This document shows positions 61,741 to 64,000 of a stretch of 64,000 bases of DNA, piece after piece. The stretch comes from Bacteroidales bacterium (lineage in GTDB: Bacteria > Bacteroidota > Bacteroidia > Bacteroidales > Prolixibacteraceae): positions 1 through 64,000 of the forward strand of contig JAAYAG010000060.1 of assembly GCA_012719495.1 (NCBI GenBank). The letters are read 5' to 3'. Position numbers and translations under genes: made by a program. The notes below the pieces were generated by a model. It was given only the letters and a program-made list of their open reading frames with translations. It made no database searches and was not told the origin of the DNA. The stretch's first letter is position 1. Every line of letters starts with the position of its first letter.

Positions 61741-61986
61741 ATGAGTGGATCAGAAATTTTAGTTGTCGTTGCAGCAATTCTCCTTTTGTTCGGGGCAAAA
61801 TCAATCCCTGAATTTGCTCGTTTCTTTAACAAAGGGATGCGTGAATTAAAGAAAGCAACCAGCGAAATTCAAAAAGAAATTGAAGGGTATACCGCTGATA
61901 TTTCCGACGAAATATCGGATATTAAAAGCAACCTGAACAAAGAAATTAAAAACATCGACGACGAAATAAATCCAAACAGCAAATAA
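61741..61986 (+). CDS. tatA: Twin-arginine translocase TatA/TatE family protein
   Basis: 81 aa. N-terminal TM + hinge (VVVAAILLLFGAKSIPEFARFFNKGMRELKKA) typical of TatA. Confidence 0.7.
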   Translation: MSGSEILVVVAAILLLFGAKSIPEFARFFNKGMRELKKATSEIQKEIEGYTADISDEISDIKSNLNKEIKNIDDEINPNSK

Positions 61987-62006
61987 GTAAATAAATTCAA
62001 CGAGCA

Positions 62007-62660
62007 TTGATAAAAGCAGCTAACATAACCAAATCGTTCGGCCCCCTGCAAGTGTTGAAAGGGGTTACCCTCGAAGCTCCAAAAGGGAAGATTATTTCCA
62101 TTGTAGGAGCAAGTGGTGCAGGCAAATCGACCCTACTGCAAATTCTTGGTACGCTCAGCCTTCCCGATGGTGGAACTTTGCAGATAGAAAATAGCAATCC
62201 TCTGAGCATGAGCGAAAAAGAACTTGCCCGTTTTCGCAACAAACATATTGGATTTGTATTTCAATTTCATCATTTGCTACCCGAATTCACTGCCCTCGAA
62301 AATGTTTGTTTGCCTGCATTTATTGCCCAAACAGCAAAAAAAGATGCCGAAAAAAGAGCAAGTGAACTGTTAACTTTTCTTGGCCTTAAAGACCGGTTAA
62401 CCCATAAGCCAAATGAACTTTCGGGAGGAGAAAAGCAACGAGTTGCTGTGGCCAGGGCACTCATTAACAAGCCTTCGGTTATTTTTGCCGACGAACCCAC
62501 CGGTAACCTCGACAGCCAAAATCAACAGGAAATGCACGATTTGTTTTTTTCGTTGCGCGACGAATACAAACAAACTCTCATAATTGTTACCCACGACCGT
62601 AACTTTGCCAAAATGAGCGATGTTATTGTGGAAATTAAAGATGGGGTAATTTTAAAATAG
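62007..62660 (+). CDS. lolD: ABC transporter ATP-binding protein, LolD/FtsE-like
   Basis: 217 aa. Walker [12 protein letters not shown], signature [15 protein letters not shown], Walker [12 protein letters not shown]. Confidence 0.75.
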   Translation: MIKAANITKSFGPLQVLKGVTLEAPKGKIISIVGASGAGKSTLLQILGTLSLPDGGTLQIENSNPLSMSEKELARFRNKHIGFVFQFHHLLPEFTALENVCLPAFIAQTAKKDAEKRASELLTFLGLKDRLTHKPNELSGGEKQRVAVARALINKPSVIFADEPTGNLDSQNQQEMHDLFFSLRDEYKQTLIIVTHDRNFAKMSDVIVEIKDGVILK

Positions 62661-62725
62661 GCTCATCGTAAGTTGCTGCACATCCGTTGTTGCAGTGCCT
62701 ATTAAATTGAAAAGCAATTAAGACT

Positions 62726-63493
62726 ATGGAAAAAAGCGAATTAAAAGCTTTTCTCGACGAAAAATTCTACGAATATAACCAACCGGTATTCATCGAAAAC
62801 GACCCGGTGCTAATTCCTCACCTTTTCGATAAAAAAGAAGATATCGAAATTTCCGGTTTGCTCACGGCTACCATTGCCTGGGGAAACCGCGCATCGATAT
62901 TGAAAAATAGCCAACGCATGATGAAAGAAATGGGCTACTTTCCACATGAATTTATAATGAATGCTTCGAAAAACGAACTTACAGCTTTCGACAATTTTGT
63001 TCACCGAACATTCAACGGAACCGATGCAATTTTCTTTATTCTATCGTTGAAAAACATTTACGAAAACCACAACGGGCTTGAAGCGATATTCAACAAAGGA
63101 TACAAAAAAACTGACAGTTTAGCCGGTGCCCTGGCATATTTCCGTTCTGTATTTCTTGAGATTCCACACCTACAGCGCAGCGAGAAACACCTATCGAATG
63201 TCGAAAAAAATGCATCGTGCAAAAGGCTCTGCATGTTTCTTCGCTGGATGGTTCGCGACGATAACCGTGGAGTAGATTTCGGATTATGGAAAAAAATACC
63301 CACATCTGCATTAATGCTTCCCCTCGACATCCATACCGGAAATATTTCACGAATGCTTGGCTTGCTGGAGCGAAAACAAAACGACTGGAAAGCTGTTGAA
63401 GAAGTAACCGCTACGCTCAGAAGTTTTGATGAAAATGACCCGGTAAAATACGATTTTTCACTCTTCGGTCTTGGGGTAAACAACGCAATATAA
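62726..63493 (+). CDS. TIGR02757 / DUF2400-family conserved hypothetical protein
   Basis: 255 aa. Family assignment from recall; no motif-level proof. Confidence 0.4.
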   Translation: MEKSELKAFLDEKFYEYNQPVFIENDPVLIPHLFDKKEDIEISGLLTATIAWGNRASILKNSQRMMKEMGYFPHEFIMNASKNELTAFDNFVHRTFNGTDAIFFILSLKNIYENHNGLEAIFNKGYKKTDSLAGALAYFRSVFLEIPHLQRSEKHLSNVEKNASCKRLCMFLRWMVRDDNRGVDFGLWKKIPTSALMLPLDIHTGNISRMLGLLERKQNDWKAVEEVTATLRSFDENDPVKYDFSLFGLGVNNAI

Positions 63494-64000
63494 TGGGACA
63501 CAATAGCTATTTCGAGTTCAAACAATTCACTGTTAAACAAGATAATGCTGCGATGAAAGTTGGCACCGACGGGGTTCTTCTTGGTGCCTGGACCGACGTT
63601 GAAAACGCAAAACAGATCCTTGATATTGGAACAGGAACAGGAGTGGTTGCGCTGATGCTTGCCCAACGGAGCCAAGCAAATATTGTGGCAATCGATTGTG
63701 AGTCTTCTGCCTGTACCGATGCTCGCCTAAACGTGTTGAATTCGCCATGGAGCCAACGTATTGCAATACAAGAAATCTGTTTACAAGAATTTGCAGCAAC
63801 TGCAACGCAACAATTTGATTGTATCGTTTGTAACCCACCCTTCTTCAGCAATGCGGTCAGGCCTAACGATGTGAAACGTTCAATGGCCCGGCACAACCAT
63901 AGCCTCCCTTTCGACGAACTGCTAAAAAGTGCAGCACTTCTGCTTACGCCCAACGGCCACTTTACAGTGATACTCCCTGCCAATGCTGAAAATAGTTTCA
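63493..64000 (+). CDS. tRNA1(Val) (adenine37-N6)-methyltransferase-like (YfiC/TrmN6), 5' partial in window
   Basis: Own translation from ATG 63493: MGHNSYFEFKQFTVKQDNAAMKVGTDGVLLGAW…DIGTGTGVVALMLAQR…CNPPFF. SAM-binding GTGTG and N6-adenine MTase NPPF motif. Absent from the ORF track because there is no stop in the window. TAATG overlap with the upstream gene. Confidence 0.6.
   Translation, partial: MGHNSYFEFKQFTVKQDNAAMKVGTDGVLLGAWTDVENAKQILDIGTGTGVVALMLAQRSQANIVAIDCESSACTDARLNVLNSPWSQRIAIQEICLQEFAATATQQFDCIVCNPPFFSNAVRPNDVKRSMARHNHSLPFDELLKSAALLLTPNGHFTVILPANAENSF

Overview
This 64 kb window looks like ordinary Bacteroidota-type chromosome (about 40-45% GC by eye), with no CRISPR array, transposase or integrase visible. 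Most of it is housekeeping: chorismate mutase and aroA; glmM; the frdCAB-type succinate dehydrogenase/fumarate reductase operon; ispD; an NfeD-flotillin pair; a ROK glucokinase with an MFS sugar transporter; an RND efflux triad; tatA and a lolD-like ABC ATPase; two tRNAs (Phe-GAA, Thr-CGT). The most system-like feature is a seven-gene minus-strand cluster (37449-46767) built like E. coli hyfBCDEFGHI / complex I. It has two NuoL-like antiporter subunits, NuoH-like, HyfE-like and NuoN-like subunits, a fused NuoC/D-like large subunit and a ferredoxin-NuoB-like fusion. Its catalytic subunits have lost the cysteine motifs a [NiFe] site and the proximal Fe-S cluster need, so it is an Ehr-type (energy-converting hydrogenase-related) complex with no assigned substrate. 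Other points worth a second look: (1) a cysK-MATE-gshF (bifunctional glutathione synthesis) cluster behind a cysteine-rich MarR-like regulator and a perfect 36-bp palindrome; (2) a 1831-aa lipoprotein alpha-2-macroglobulin with a CxEQ thioester motif, coupled to PBP1C through a TAATG overlap; (3) a 28-bp GC-rich perfect palindrome; (4) a spaced direct repeat upstream of an ABC exporter; (5) several uncharacterised lipoprotein and zinc-finger ORFs. All calls come from reading the supplied translations and sequence; no database search was possible.
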